Origin: Gammaproteobacteria bacterium
Lineage (GTDB): Bacteria > Pseudomonadota > Gammaproteobacteria > UBA4575
DNA length: 64,000 nucleotides
Direction of reading: 5' to 3'
NCBI GenBank assembly: GCA_965222615.1
Contig: CBDCUI010000009.1
Span: 480,001 to 544,000 of the forward strand
The notes under the pieces are model-generated. The model was not told the DNA's origin. It saw nothing but the letters and a program-made list of their open reading frames with translations, and did not search any database. Positions 40,419 through 49,739 of this stretch are shown here, one piece after another. Position 1 is the stretch's first letter; each line of letters starts with the position of its first letter. Made by a program: the position numbers and the translations under genes.

Positions 40419-42923
40419 TTAAATAATTTCTTTGATCTTCAGCGGTTTCATAGAGGCGAGTAACAACGGAATAATACTAAAGGTTGCAAATAATGAAACT
40501 ATCATAGCAATACTGGTAAGCATGCCAAAATAAATGGAAGGCACAAAGTTAGACAGTACTAAAATAATAAAACCTAGTGTGATGGTTATAGAAGTAAAAT
40601 AAAGTGCTTTACCAACCGTTGTTTGCGATTTGCGAATCGCTTCTAAATTATTGCCGCTGGTTGAATATTCTTTCTTATATCGATGGATATAATGAATTGC
40701 GTAATCTACGCCAATACCAATGGTAATTGCAGCAATTGTAATCGTCATAATATCTAATGGGATTCCAAACACCCCCATTAAGCCTAAAATGAATAGCGCA
40801 GTGAAAATATTTGGTAATGTTCCAATGATAGCTAATTTGAAACTACGAAATAATATTGTCAACATGATCAAAATACAGACAAATACTGTTCCTAATGTGA
40901 GGATTTGCGATCGAAATAAACTTTGTAGTACATTGTTATACAAGACACTTATTCCCGTCAGACGTATCTCTTCACCATCTTTGACATAGCCATTACTTAA
41001 GTCCGCTTTGATTTTGTTCAACAATTCATTTCTAATTAATGTGTGATCAGAATCTTTAATGCGAGCCACAATACGTGCTTGGTTTCCATCACTGGACACA
41101 TAAGGTGAAATTAAAATTTGTTTAATGTTTTCAGGAACTTTAGAGTAAACGAGTGATAGGTGAAAATCTTCTAAAGGCTCGCCTTTGTTTACCGTTCGAA
41201 ACACTTCTTCAGTACTTGAAAGCGACAAAACTTTACCGACCTGAGGCAAGCTCTCTATATAGTTATGTATCTTACTTATCTTTTTTATTCCACTGCGGTT
41301 ATACCAGTAGCTTTTCGCCGTAAAATCATCTTGAGTTTCTTCCAGATCAGCTAAATAATCACCAAACTCTTCGTCCTCTTCTTCTACTTCATCTGTTTCT
41401 TCTTCTACTTGCTGCGAAGCTTCCAACATTATTTCTAATGGGACGGTACCCCCTAAGTCCTGATCTACTAATTCAAGACCTTGATAGATATCAGTAGTCT
41501 TTTTGAAGTAATCGATAAATCGATTTTCCACCGTTAATTGGCTAATGCCAATAATATTTAAAATAAACATCCCTATCAAAATAACCATTGTTAAGGTTTT
41601 ATTGTTCACAATAGCATTGAGGATATTTTCAAGAAACTTCGCTGACTTATCTTCACTAAAATCTTTTGACTTAGGCTTAATGATTTTAATTAACGCAGGT
41701 AACACTGTAAAAGTAAGCAGAAAGGCACAAAATAATCCTAAAATCATCATATATCCAAATACGATAACTGGATTGATGTCACTAACGATCAATGAAAAGA
41801 ATGCAATAGCTGACGTCAGCACCATATAAAAGCAAGGTGTGATAATCTGCGAAACTGCAATTGTTACTTTCTCATCTATACTTTTTTCAGGATGCAAAGA
41901 CTGTATTTCTTGATAACGAATAATGACGTGTATAGAAAGTGCTATGGAAAAGATAATTAATAGTGCAATAAAGTTAGATGATATTATTGTTAATTGAAAT
42001 CCTAACAATGCCGTGATTCCAGACACTAATACCACGTTTAATAAAGCACATACGAGCGCTAAAAAAATCCATGCCGGCTTTCTAAAGAATAAAAATAGCA
42101 CTAAGATCATTATGACAACAATCGCGATGCCAAATATCTTTATGTCTTGAACAACAAACACCTTCATATCGTTACCAATAAGCGGTGCCCCTGCTAAGTA
42201 GAATTCTCCTTGATTCTCATAACCAGCAATAATCTTGCGCACAGAAGCCAATACACTTTTATAGCGTTCGTTTATTACTTGCCGTTGGGCAGAAATGTCT
42301 TCTCTAACGGCTTCCAGCTCAGAAAGATCTTCTTGATTTAAAGTCTGTGTTTTCTCTTTTTCAAGTAATACATATTTTTTCTGTAATAGATTAATTAATT
42401 CCTGGTTTTTTTGAATATCAATTTTAATTGCGGTTGTACTTAGATCTTTACTGACTAAGTTATCTACATAGATAGGGCTCGATGTGAATTCTAATCGTGC
42501 TTTGTCTAAGTCAACTTGTGGAGATAGCAAATTTGCAAACTTTGTATTACCCGTTTTTTCATCTTCTTCTAATTGCAGCAATAAAGGTACATTGCTAAGC
42601 GCCGATACTCCCGACACACCATCTACCTCCTTGAATTTACTCGAAATATCTTCAAGTAATGTGATGGTTTCCTGATCTAATAACGATGCATTTGGCTTAT
42701 AGCCCACTATGATGTATTCATCTGTTCCGTAATGGCGATGTACTTCTCGATAATATTTAAGATCGGGATCATTCTCTAACAAGAGCGAATCTGGAGATGC
42801 ATCTATATTTAAATTTTTTATTTGTGTGCTAGCAGCTACTACAAGCGCTAACATGCAAATAATTACTAAATATGGGAAACGAGTGACCAGATTAGAGATT
42901 GAATTTACGAGCGCCGTAAACAT
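40419..42923 (-). CDS. MMPL / RND-superfamily predicted exporter
   Basis: Two repeats of 1+5 TM helices with large periplasmic loops; IGIGVDYAIHY motif; acidic insertion EEETDEVEEEDEE. Confidence 0.88.
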   Translation of the reverse strand: MFTALVNSISNLVTRFPYLVIICMLALVVAASTQIKNLNIDASPDSLLLENDPDLKYYREVHRHYGTDEYIIVGYKPNASLLDQETITLLEDISSKFKEVDGVSGVSALSNVPLLLQLEEDEKTGNTKFANLLSPQVDLDKARLEFTSSPIYVDNLVSKDLSTTAIKIDIQKNQELINLLQKKYVLLEKEKTQTLNQEDLSELEAVREDISAQRQVINERYKSVLASVRKIIAGYENQGEFYLAGAPLIGNDMKVFVVQDIKIFGIAIVVIMILVLFLFFRKPAWIFLALVCALLNVVLVSGITALLGFQLTIISSNFIALLIIFSIALSIHVIIRYQEIQSLHPEKSIDEKVTIAVSQIITPCFYMVLTSAIAFFSLIVSDINPVIVFGYMMILGLFCAFLLTFTVLPALIKIIKPKSKDFSEDKSAKFLENILNAIVNNKTLTMVILIGMFILNIIGISQLTVENRFIDYFKKTTDIYQGLELVDQDLGGTVPLEIMLEASQQVEEETDEVEEEDEEFGDYLADLEETQDDFTAKSYWYNRSGIKKISKIHNYIESLPQVGKVLSLSSTEEVFRTVNKGEPLEDFHLSLVYSKVPENIKQILISPYVSSDGNQARIVARIKDSDHTLIRNELLNKIKADLSNGYVKDGEEIRLTGISVLYNNVLQSLFRSQILTLGTVFVCILIMLTILFRSFKLAIIGTLPNIFTALFILGLMGVFGIPLDIMTITIAAITIGIGVDYAIHYIHRYKKEYSTSGNNLEAIRKSQTTVGKALYFTSITITLGFIILVLSNFVPSIYFGMLTSIAMIVSLFATFSIIPLLLASMKPLKIKEII

Positions 42924-43005
42924 TATTATCGTAAAACGAATGGGAATTTTTCAGGTGTTTTATATTGTAGCACGAGTATACATATTAATTTATTGATTTC
43001 TATAA

Positions 43006-43608
43006 TTAAGATTTTCTTAACTGCTCAATGAATTGATTTACTTGTGTTTTATGCATTATTTGTGCAATACCTCGGTACTCATCCAGGAGTTTTTGTATGC
43101 CAATATCAATACATTTATGCTTAACCAGTTGTTCAATTGAAACCGTTGATAAGGCCAACTCAGAAGACTTAATAAATACTAGCTGATCTGCAGATAAGTA
43201 TTTCGCCAACCATGTTGCGAGACTATCGGATGTTACTTGCCATGATTTTTCAAGCTCGCAACTACTACTAACCATTTGATATGGCTCCCAAATAACTGCT
43301 TTCCCAGTTTGCCAGTTATGTAGAATGTCTTTTTCATTGCCGGCTAAACTAAAGTTTGAACACAAAGATGCCATTAGATATCCATACTGCTGCATACCAA
43401 GTACTGCCATATTGTGTGCATGTATTGGATCCAGTTTAAATTTCTTATCCGCATCGCGGATTATATCTGCAAACGGTCCTCCTCCTGGAACAATAATGAT
43501 GTTGTGTTTGTTAGATTCATTGTTGATGTAATCACTAATTACTTTTAACCACTGAATTAAATATTTGCTATTGTAAAGACTACCACCAAGCTTAATTACC
43601 CATCGCAT
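43006..43608 (-). CDS. Orf21, amino-acid-kinase family (MfnE-like)
   Basis: VIKLGGSL, VPGGGPFAD, AHNMAVLGMQQ, SWQVTSDSLA. Confidence 0.88.
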   Translation of the reverse strand: MRWVIKLGGSLYNSKYLIQWLKVISDYINNESNKHNIIIVPGGGPFADIIRDADKKFKLDPIHAHNMAVLGMQQYGYLMASLCSNFSLAGNEKDILHNWQTGKAVIWEPYQMVSSSCELEKSWQVTSDSLATWLAKYLSADQLVFIKSSELALSTVSIEQLVKHKCIDIGIQKLLDEYRGIAQIMHKTQVNQFIEQLRKS

Positions 43609-43629
43609 AGAAACTGTATTGATTATCTG

Positions 43630-45024
43630 TCAATTAGCTTGACGATCGCGTTCAACATGTGGGTTCAATAACTTCATCATTGCTGTGGCTTTATCAAATG
43701 TTTCCTGATACTCAGCTTCGACTTTAGAATCATATACGATTCCACCACCAGCATAAAAATACATACTCTGATCCTTATGTAAAATCGTCCGTATCGCAAT
43801 GTTAGTATCCATATTGCCATCAACACCTAGGTAACCAATTGAACCACAATAGATGCCTCGACGATGCGGCTCTAACTCTTCAATGATCTCCATAGCACGT
43901 AATTTTGGTGCGCCTGTAATCGATCCACCAGGAAAACAGCCACGCAGTAGATCAATTGCAGAACGATTTTCGCGTAACCTGCCTATTATGGTACTCACCA
44001 TGTGATGCACGTTTGGAAAACTTTCAATATCAAATAGTTTTGGCACCTGCACTGAGCTAAGAGCACAATTTTTACTAATATCATTACGCAACAAGTCAAC
44101 AATCATCACGTTCTCTGCCTGATCTTTTTTACTTTGGCTGAGCTCATGCATTAATAGCTTGTCCTTATTCTCATCTTTAGAACGGGGGCGCGTACCCTTT
44201 ATGGGTTTGGTTTGAACAGTAGCGTCCTTAACAGATAAAAACCGCTCCGGAGAATTACTTAAGATTTGGAAATCGGAGTAATTCATATAGGCGCTGAATG
44301 GAGAAGGATTTATCGTCCTTAATCTCTGATATGCCAACCACGGATCACCTTCCACCTCAGCATTGAATCTTTGCGCAAGATTTACTTGGTAACAATCACC
44401 TTCACTTATATATTTTTTTATTTTGTTAAATGCATCAGAATAATATTGCTTAGTCATATTGGAAATAACTTTACTCTTGACAGTAAACTGCTCCCTTGTT
44501 CTAGGCGTTGCTTTACTCGTAAACAGGTTTTTTAAATCATTCCAAGTTCTTCTTGTTTGAATATCTGATTTATCTCCTAATAGAAACGTTTGTTTCTTTT
44601 TATGATCAACGATAATTGCCCAGGAATATAGGCCGATCGCCATATCTGGCAAAGCTAAATCATTGTTCGCAATCGAAGGTAATTTTTCTAGTCGACGCCC
44701 CAAATCATAACTAAAATAGCCCATAGCACCCCCCACAAATGGCAAACCATGTTGAATATCTTTATTAATATTGAGATGTTCATTAAGAACAGTAAATGGA
44801 TCATCGGGCACAAAAAATGTTTCAGACCATGTTTGAATTTGCGTTTGTTTATCCTTACTTAGAATTCTTACTTTGGGTCTCGCAACAATAATATCATACC
44901 GGCCTTGAAGACAATTAGGTTTATTACTATCTAAGAAAATTGACCAAGGCTCGTCAGCTACTTTGTCAAATAGCAGTGTACTATTGGGATGATAGGGTAA
45001 GTCTTCTACTATAATTTTTGACAT
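43630..45024 (-). CDS. pabB: Aminodeoxychorismate synthase component I
   Basis: GDCYQVN, SPERF, TKPIKGTRPR, AENVMIVDLLRND, FPGGSITGAPK; ATG 45024 overlaps the orf9 stop (TAATG). Confidence 0.95.
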   Translation of the reverse strand: MSKIIVEDLPYHPNSTLLFDKVADEPWSIFLDSNKPNCLQGRYDIIVARPKVRILSKDKQTQIQTWSETFFVPDDPFTVLNEHLNINKDIQHGLPFVGGAMGYFSYDLGRRLEKLPSIANNDLALPDMAIGLYSWAIIVDHKKKQTFLLGDKSDIQTRRTWNDLKNLFTSKATPRTREQFTVKSKVISNMTKQYYSDAFNKIKKYISEGDCYQVNLAQRFNAEVEGDPWLAYQRLRTINPSPFSAYMNYSDFQILSNSPERFLSVKDATVQTKPIKGTRPRSKDENKDKLLMHELSQSKKDQAENVMIVDLLRNDISKNCALSSVQVPKLFDIESFPNVHHMVSTIIGRLRENRSAIDLLRGCFPGGSITGAPKLRAMEIIEELEPHRRGIYCGSIGYLGVDGNMDTNIAIRTILHKDQSMYFYAGGGIVYDSKVEAEYQETFDKATAMMKLLNPHVERDRQAN

Positions 45025-46076
45025 TATGAACAGTATCTTTGATAACCCAAACAAGCCACAGCTGCTGCAGGCGCACAATCACCTACATTAAACTCACTGT
45101 GTGAATTTTCATACTTACACAAGTTTTCAAAATCAATATATTTTCGATTAAAGCGTTGTGCAATCTCACGAATTAAAAATCGCCCAACACCGGCACCAAC
45201 AATTGGAATATTCTGTGGTTGTGAGAACTTTGTAAGTTGTTTACGACATGCGTTAATGATCATTTGCAATTGTTGTTCACGCACATATTCTGCTACATGC
45301 TTCCAAGTAGCCATTTCCTCTATATATGCATCGTAACCAAACATCCTTGCTAAGCGAGTAGCACTAGAATTAACATCCTTGTCACGCCCATCAAGTGTAT
45401 CGCCTAAATCCGCATAACCTGGTAATTCTCTGGTAAGTCGATATACATCTGCCGTATTAGAAAAACACTCGTTCATTATCGGTATAAACTTGTCATCGAT
45501 AGGTGCAGATCTACACAGTGCAAAAACTGGAGTACGCACTACCCCGCAATAAACTAATTCTTGTGCATATAGGCGTTGCGCATCGTTATAGCCTTCATAA
45601 ACAGCTCTGTGATCAGTGATTCTTACTATGTCGCTAGTGGTACTGCCCACATCGATAAACAGTGCATTATTAACTTTTTTTGCTACATAACTTGCACTAG
45701 CCAACCAATTTGCCGAGGCAACATCTTTATAATAACTAGTAGCGCTGTTTGCATCGATGAACCCTCTATTGCCAGCATAAAAGCTTATCGAACTAATTTG
45801 CAAATTAGCTGAGATTTCATTAACTAGCTGCGCAACCCCTTCTTTGCGATTACCGAAATGATCTACCAATTCCCCTGTCATCGTTACAGTGTGTACAGAT
45901 GGAGAAAAGTTAAAATTTTTACATATAGCTTGTAAAGAATCCCGCAATGACTCGGTACCAAGCCACAAAGGGCAAAACAACTGCTGTAATTTAGAAATTG
46001 ACTCTGCACTAGATGCTACAGCGGCTTTGATATGCGCCCCACCTATATCCCAACCTACAACACTCTCAGGCGGCAC
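45024..46076 (-). CDS. Orf9, hydantoinase/oxoprolinase family (MfnF-like)
   Basis: GWDIGGAHIKAA, TMTGEL, ASANW, DVGSTTSDI, ELVYxGVVRTP. Confidence 0.88.
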   Translation of the reverse strand: MPPESVVGWDIGGAHIKAAVASSAESISKLQQLFCPLWLGTESLRDSLQAICKNFNFSPSVHTVTMTGELVDHFGNRKEGVAQLVNEISANLQISSISFYAGNRGFIDANSATSYYKDVASANWLASASYVAKKVNNALFIDVGSTTSDIVRITDHRAVYEGYNDAQRLYAQELVYCGVVRTPVFALCRSAPIDDKFIPIMNECFSNTADVYRLTRELPGYADLGDTLDGRDKDVNSSATRLARMFGYDAYIEEMATWKHVAEYVREQQLQMIINACRKQLTKFSQPQNIPIVGAGVGRFLIREIAQRFNRKYIDFENLCKYENSHSEFNVGDCAPAAAVACLGYQRYCS

Positions 46077-47061
46077 AACTGGTCTCTATATTGATAGTTA
46101 CTTTATTATTATTTGTTATATTTACTCTTGGTAGCTTTTTATGCATAAAGCATTGCAACATCACCTCTGCTGGATTTATTCCTAAAGCTTGTCTTATGCC
46201 AACATATGACGTCGTGAGTCTAGGATTAATTTCGACCAAAATAATTTCATTTTTCGTAATTAATATATCCACACCAGTATAGCCACGTAATCCAGGCAAT
46301 GCATTAGCAACTTGTTTACTAATCATTTTAAATTCATCTATATCTAATGTATTTACATCACAACTTAGTAAGCGTAATTTTCCATTTTCATTGAGTATGT
46401 TCTGCCTATTACAACTTAATAAAATGCAGTCACCATCCCAACACATCAAGCTTAAACTTGCATGCTTACCTTCTATATACGGTTGCACAATACAGTTTTC
46501 GAAATCGCTCTCTTCAATAGCTTGATGAATATCGGTTTGATTATCAAACAGGTATAAACCATCACACCCAACACCATCTATTGGCTTGACTACAAATTTT
46601 TGTGCGTCAAGGCCTTTGAAATTATTGAACGTGTAAGTTGGTACTAGAGAGATGTTATGTTCATGCAGATACTTATATGTTGCTAGTTTGTTAGTAGTCA
46701 ACTCAATTGAATTGATCGAGCTGTTTAATAGTATAAACGAGCGATTTGAAAATTGTTTGCAAAGAGAAGCTAAAACTCCGTTAGTTTCAGGTGCAATAAT
46801 CAGTAAAGCATCTAACTGATCAGCTATTTTATCTATTTCTGTAATACAAGAATCATTCGAACCTATAATGATTTCGTTTTTAGATCGCGATTTAGAAGTT
46901 AAACGGTAATCTCTTAGCGATAGTACATGCATATCGCTTAGATCTTCGAAATTGCTCACTACTGAAGCGAGCATCATTTCGCCTTCCCATGCTAGAGATG
47001 CAGGCAAATCTTGGTCTACCAATCCTCCACCAGTGATATACTCAAAAATTAATATCTTCAT
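46066..47061 (-). CDS. Orf1, ATP-grasp protein (MfnD-like tyramine-glutamate ligase family)
   Basis: MKILIFEYITGGG, EGEMML, IIAPET, VKPIDGVGC, GYTGVD, EINPRLTTSYVG. Confidence 0.86.
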   Translation of the reverse strand: MKILIFEYITGGGLVDQDLPASLAWEGEMMLASVVSNFEDLSDMHVLSLRDYRLTSKSRSKNEIIIGSNDSCITEIDKIADQLDALLIIAPETNGVLASLCKQFSNRSFILLNSSINSIELTTNKLATYKYLHEHNISLVPTYTFNNFKGLDAQKFVVKPIDGVGCDGLYLFDNQTDIHQAIEESDFENCIVQPYIEGKHASLSLMCWDGDCILLSCNRQNILNENGKLRLLSCDVNTLDIDEFKMISKQVANALPGLRGYTGVDILITKNEIILVEINPRLTTSYVGIRQALGINPAEVMLQCFMHKKLPRVNITNNNKVTINIETSCAA

Positions 47062-47070
47062 ATTATTAAT

Positions 47071-47778
47071 ATGCAAATTATACCTGTACTCGATTTATCT
47101 AAAGGTTTAGTCGTACACGCAAAAAAGGGAGATCGAGTTAATTATAAACCAATACATTCCCCGCTATGCTCCTCATTTGACCCAGTTGAGATCATAAACT
47201 GTTTTTTAGATCTATATAATTTTAAATCTATATACATCGCTGACTTAGATGCTTTACAAAATCAAGGCAATAACATAGGAGTTATCGAATCTATATGCCG
47301 ACAATATCCAGGACTAGAAGTATGGTTAGATACCGGTTTTGATCTAATTAGTCATTACTTAGAGGATTTACAGTACAGTCCTATACGTCCGATATTATCG
47401 ACCGAATCCATCGATTCAATTACCTCATTTACTTCAATTATTAATAATTACTCCACTCATAATTTTATTCTTTCTCTAGATTACTTATTAGACAACATTT
47501 TAGGTCTAGATATACTCAATCAAACAAGCTCATCATTACCAACAGATATTCTTGTGCTTAATTTAGATAGTGTAGGTTCTTATCAAGGCATAGATATGCC
47601 TACTCAATTTAATCAACAACTTCTAGAAAACAATCATAATCTGTTTTATGGTGGTGGTATTCGAAACATTGAAGATTTAAACAAACTGAAAGCTGCAGGT
47701 TTTACTGGAGCATTAATTTCATCTGCGATACATAGTGGCGATATTACAAGCGACGATTTGAGGGCTATCAGCCAATGA
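47071..47778 (+). CDS. Orf17, HisA/HisF-like TIM-barrel protein of H4MPT clusters
   Basis: IIPVLDL..GLVVHAxxGDRxxYxPI, YIADLDA, VGSxxG, GGGIR, SAIHSG. Confidence 0.86.
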   Translation: MQIIPVLDLSKGLVVHAKKGDRVNYKPIHSPLCSSFDPVEIINCFLDLYNFKSIYIADLDALQNQGNNIGVIESICRQYPGLEVWLDTGFDLISHYLEDLQYSPIRPILSTESIDSITSFTSIINNYSTHNFILSLDYLLDNILGLDILNQTSSSLPTDILVLNLDSVGSYQGIDMPTQFNQQLLENNHNLFYGGGIRNIEDLNKLKAAGFTGALISSAIHSGDITSDDLRAISQ

Positions 47779-48988
47779 CTTTTAGATGTCGTTGTATATT
47801 CTTATTAATTAATGCACGCAGTTCCGAATTGCCTAATTCACTTGTAACGAAATATCTCAATAATTCACTAGGACCTTTTTTTTGTAATTCTTGTAAACTA
47901 GGGCCTGTATAACAACAGTGCGATTGTTCGGTTTCATAAATTTGCAGCTCTATCAATCCGGGAAGATACTCAATTAGTTTTTCCCAAATAAAAATACTCA
48001 ACAACTCAGTACTTGATCGCCAACTCAATTCTGGAGCTACATAATTAAGATTATGATGATCTAAGTCATTTACTATGACCTGTTTAACAATGCGTTTAAG
48101 GTATCCATAATCGACCACAAAACCAGTAAGCGAGTCGATATAATCACGAACTTTTACATTCATGGCATAGCGACCACCATGCAAATTGACACATTTATCC
48201 GGATGATCTGTAATGAAGTGCGCAGAATCAAAAACCAGTTCTTTTGCTACTGTAGCTTGCTCATGCCGGCTAAAAAATCTCTCGCGCGCATTAGGGATTT
48301 CCTTTAGATATTCGCCAATCAGGTTTAACAAACGTGTTGTATCTTCCAATGTCTCACATCTTGTTAATTGCCCTGCATGGTGCATAGATGTAGGCAAACT
48401 TTTAAGACGAATCTGGTAACTTTGAGCAAGTTCGTCTTGGATTCTCACGGCATCTTCACGATCAGCAAAATCAATAAATAAATAGCCTGCATGCATCTCG
48501 CCAACATGGGCAATAAGTACCGCAAGTTGTTGCAAAAATGATTCTACTGATGAATGAACAATTCGTGGTGGTAAAAAAGCACTTGGGATTTTTAATCTAT
48601 TTTTAGCCACCACGCGGTGACTTGCGTCTACATAAAAATATTCTTGCCGAAACTGAAACCCTATCGGTCGTATAGCCTTCAAATACCAAAGCAACTGCTC
48701 CAATCTACGTATTCCCAATGTAATGACGGTAAATTCACCCTCTTGTTGCATTGCCTGGGCCATATGTAAGGCAGCAATGATATCTTGAGCTCGTCGATTA
48801 GTGGCATTGATATTTTTCTCATAACGAGAAATATCATCTGCCTGATTGACCTGATCAGCATCAAGCAGCAAATCCAAAGGCAGGTGATGCCGAAGTGCAT
48901 ACTCTTGCAAAGTCAAACCACTGCATGCAAGTAAATGCTCATTCGTCAACGATCCACTAAGCTGTTCGTCACACTCTAGACAATGCAT
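47768..48988 (-). CDS. Multidomain protein: N-terminal zinc-finger-like + central LAGLIDADG-like + C-terminal 6-pyruvoyl-tetrahydropterin synthase (QueD/PTPS) domain
   Basis: C-terminal FDSAH...KCVNLHGGRY...GFVVDY...LDHHNLN...STE...YETE is PTPS; N-terminal CLEC...HL..C.GLTLQEY...HLP resembles Ros/MucR fingers; the central assignment is tentative. Confidence 0.75.
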   Translation of the reverse strand: MHCLECDEQLSGSLTNEHLLACSGLTLQEYALRHHLPLDLLLDADQVNQADDISRYEKNINATNRRAQDIIAALHMAQAMQQEGEFTVITLGIRRLEQLLWYLKAIRPIGFQFRQEYFYVDASHRVVAKNRLKIPSAFLPPRIVHSSVESFLQQLAVLIAHVGEMHAGYLFIDFADREDAVRIQDELAQSYQIRLKSLPTSMHHAGQLTRCETLEDTTRLLNLIGEYLKEIPNARERFFSRHEQATVAKELVFDSAHFITDHPDKCVNLHGGRYAMNVKVRDYIDSLTGFVVDYGYLKRIVKQVIVNDLDHHNLNYVAPELSWRSSTELLSIFIWEKLIEYLPGLIELQIYETEQSHCCYTGPSLQELQKKGPSELLRYFVTSELGNSELRALINKNIQRHLKVIG

Positions 48989-49050
48989 AAATTATCCGTA
49001 GGCTAGAAATTCATCAGATAGTGGCAGTGATTATATATTTTCTATCAGGC

Positions 49051-49081
49051 AAAAAAATGCCCCGGACTAGCCGGGGCATTT
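49051..49081 (-). terminator. Rho-independent terminator of fae
   Basis: Minus strand ATGCCCCGG-CTAGT-CCGGGGCAT followed by a T-run, about 22 bp after the fae stop. Confidence 0.9.
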
Positions 49082-49103
49082 CATACTTTACTTTAAAAAG
49101 CTT

Positions 49104-49631
49104 TTAGAAGCCCTTGAATGGGTGCTCTGCACTATCTTTTTGTGCAACAACAGTAGACGCTTTAGGCTCGTCTTTAACTGCACGTTCTAATGCTTCTTTA
49201 GTTGCTTTATAGTTATTTTCATAGATCGCTTCGTTGCTCTTGGCCTCCCAGTGAATGAATACGCCAACACAAACGAATACATCATCTGCCTCATCAGCTG
49301 GAATGGTGCCGTCTTCAACACTATCCGCAACTGCTTTAGCCACTGCCATTTGCGCAGGACCAAACATTTGAACTGCTTGCTCTGCACCTTTAATGGTAAC
49401 TTTGTTAAACATCATGGTGTTAGGCTTACAAGGCAGATTTGGTGCAATTACAGCTAATAGAGTAGAAAAACCATCTTTGTTATTCACCAAGCCATTACAA
49501 AAAGCAGTTTCGACTGCAGAGCCGCGCGGACCAACCAGTAAGTCGATGTGCGCAATTTCTGCCATCGTGCCGGAAGGGTCGTTATCATTAACGAGTGACT
49601 CCCCGACCATTACTTTATTAATTAATGCCAT
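49104..49631 (-). CDS. fae: Formaldehyde-activating enzyme
   Basis: [44 protein letters not shown]; ATG 49631 with AGGAG RBS. Confidence 0.96.
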   Translation of the reverse strand: MALINKVMVGESLVNDNDPSGTMAEIAHIDLLVGPRGSAVETAFCNGLVNNKDGFSTLLAVIAPNLPCKPNTMMFNKVTIKGAEQAVQMFGPAQMAVAKAVADSVEDGTIPADEADDVFVCVGVFIHWEAKSNEAIYENNYKATKEALERAVKDEPKASTVVAQKDSAEHPFKGF

Positions 49632-49739
49632 TATTATTCTCCTGTTTACTTTTTTTGTTTGTCGACAAACTGCAGACAATCTGTCTGCATATATCCGTCC
49701 CTGAACTACCGCAGGTATGGATGAGTTCCATATCATGCA

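Noticed and set aside
47768-48988. Intein or active homing endonuclease in the PTPS fusion
   Set aside because: No intein splice motifs (terminal HN followed by C/S/T) and no intact LAGLIDADG acidic motif; the PTPS domain is contiguous.
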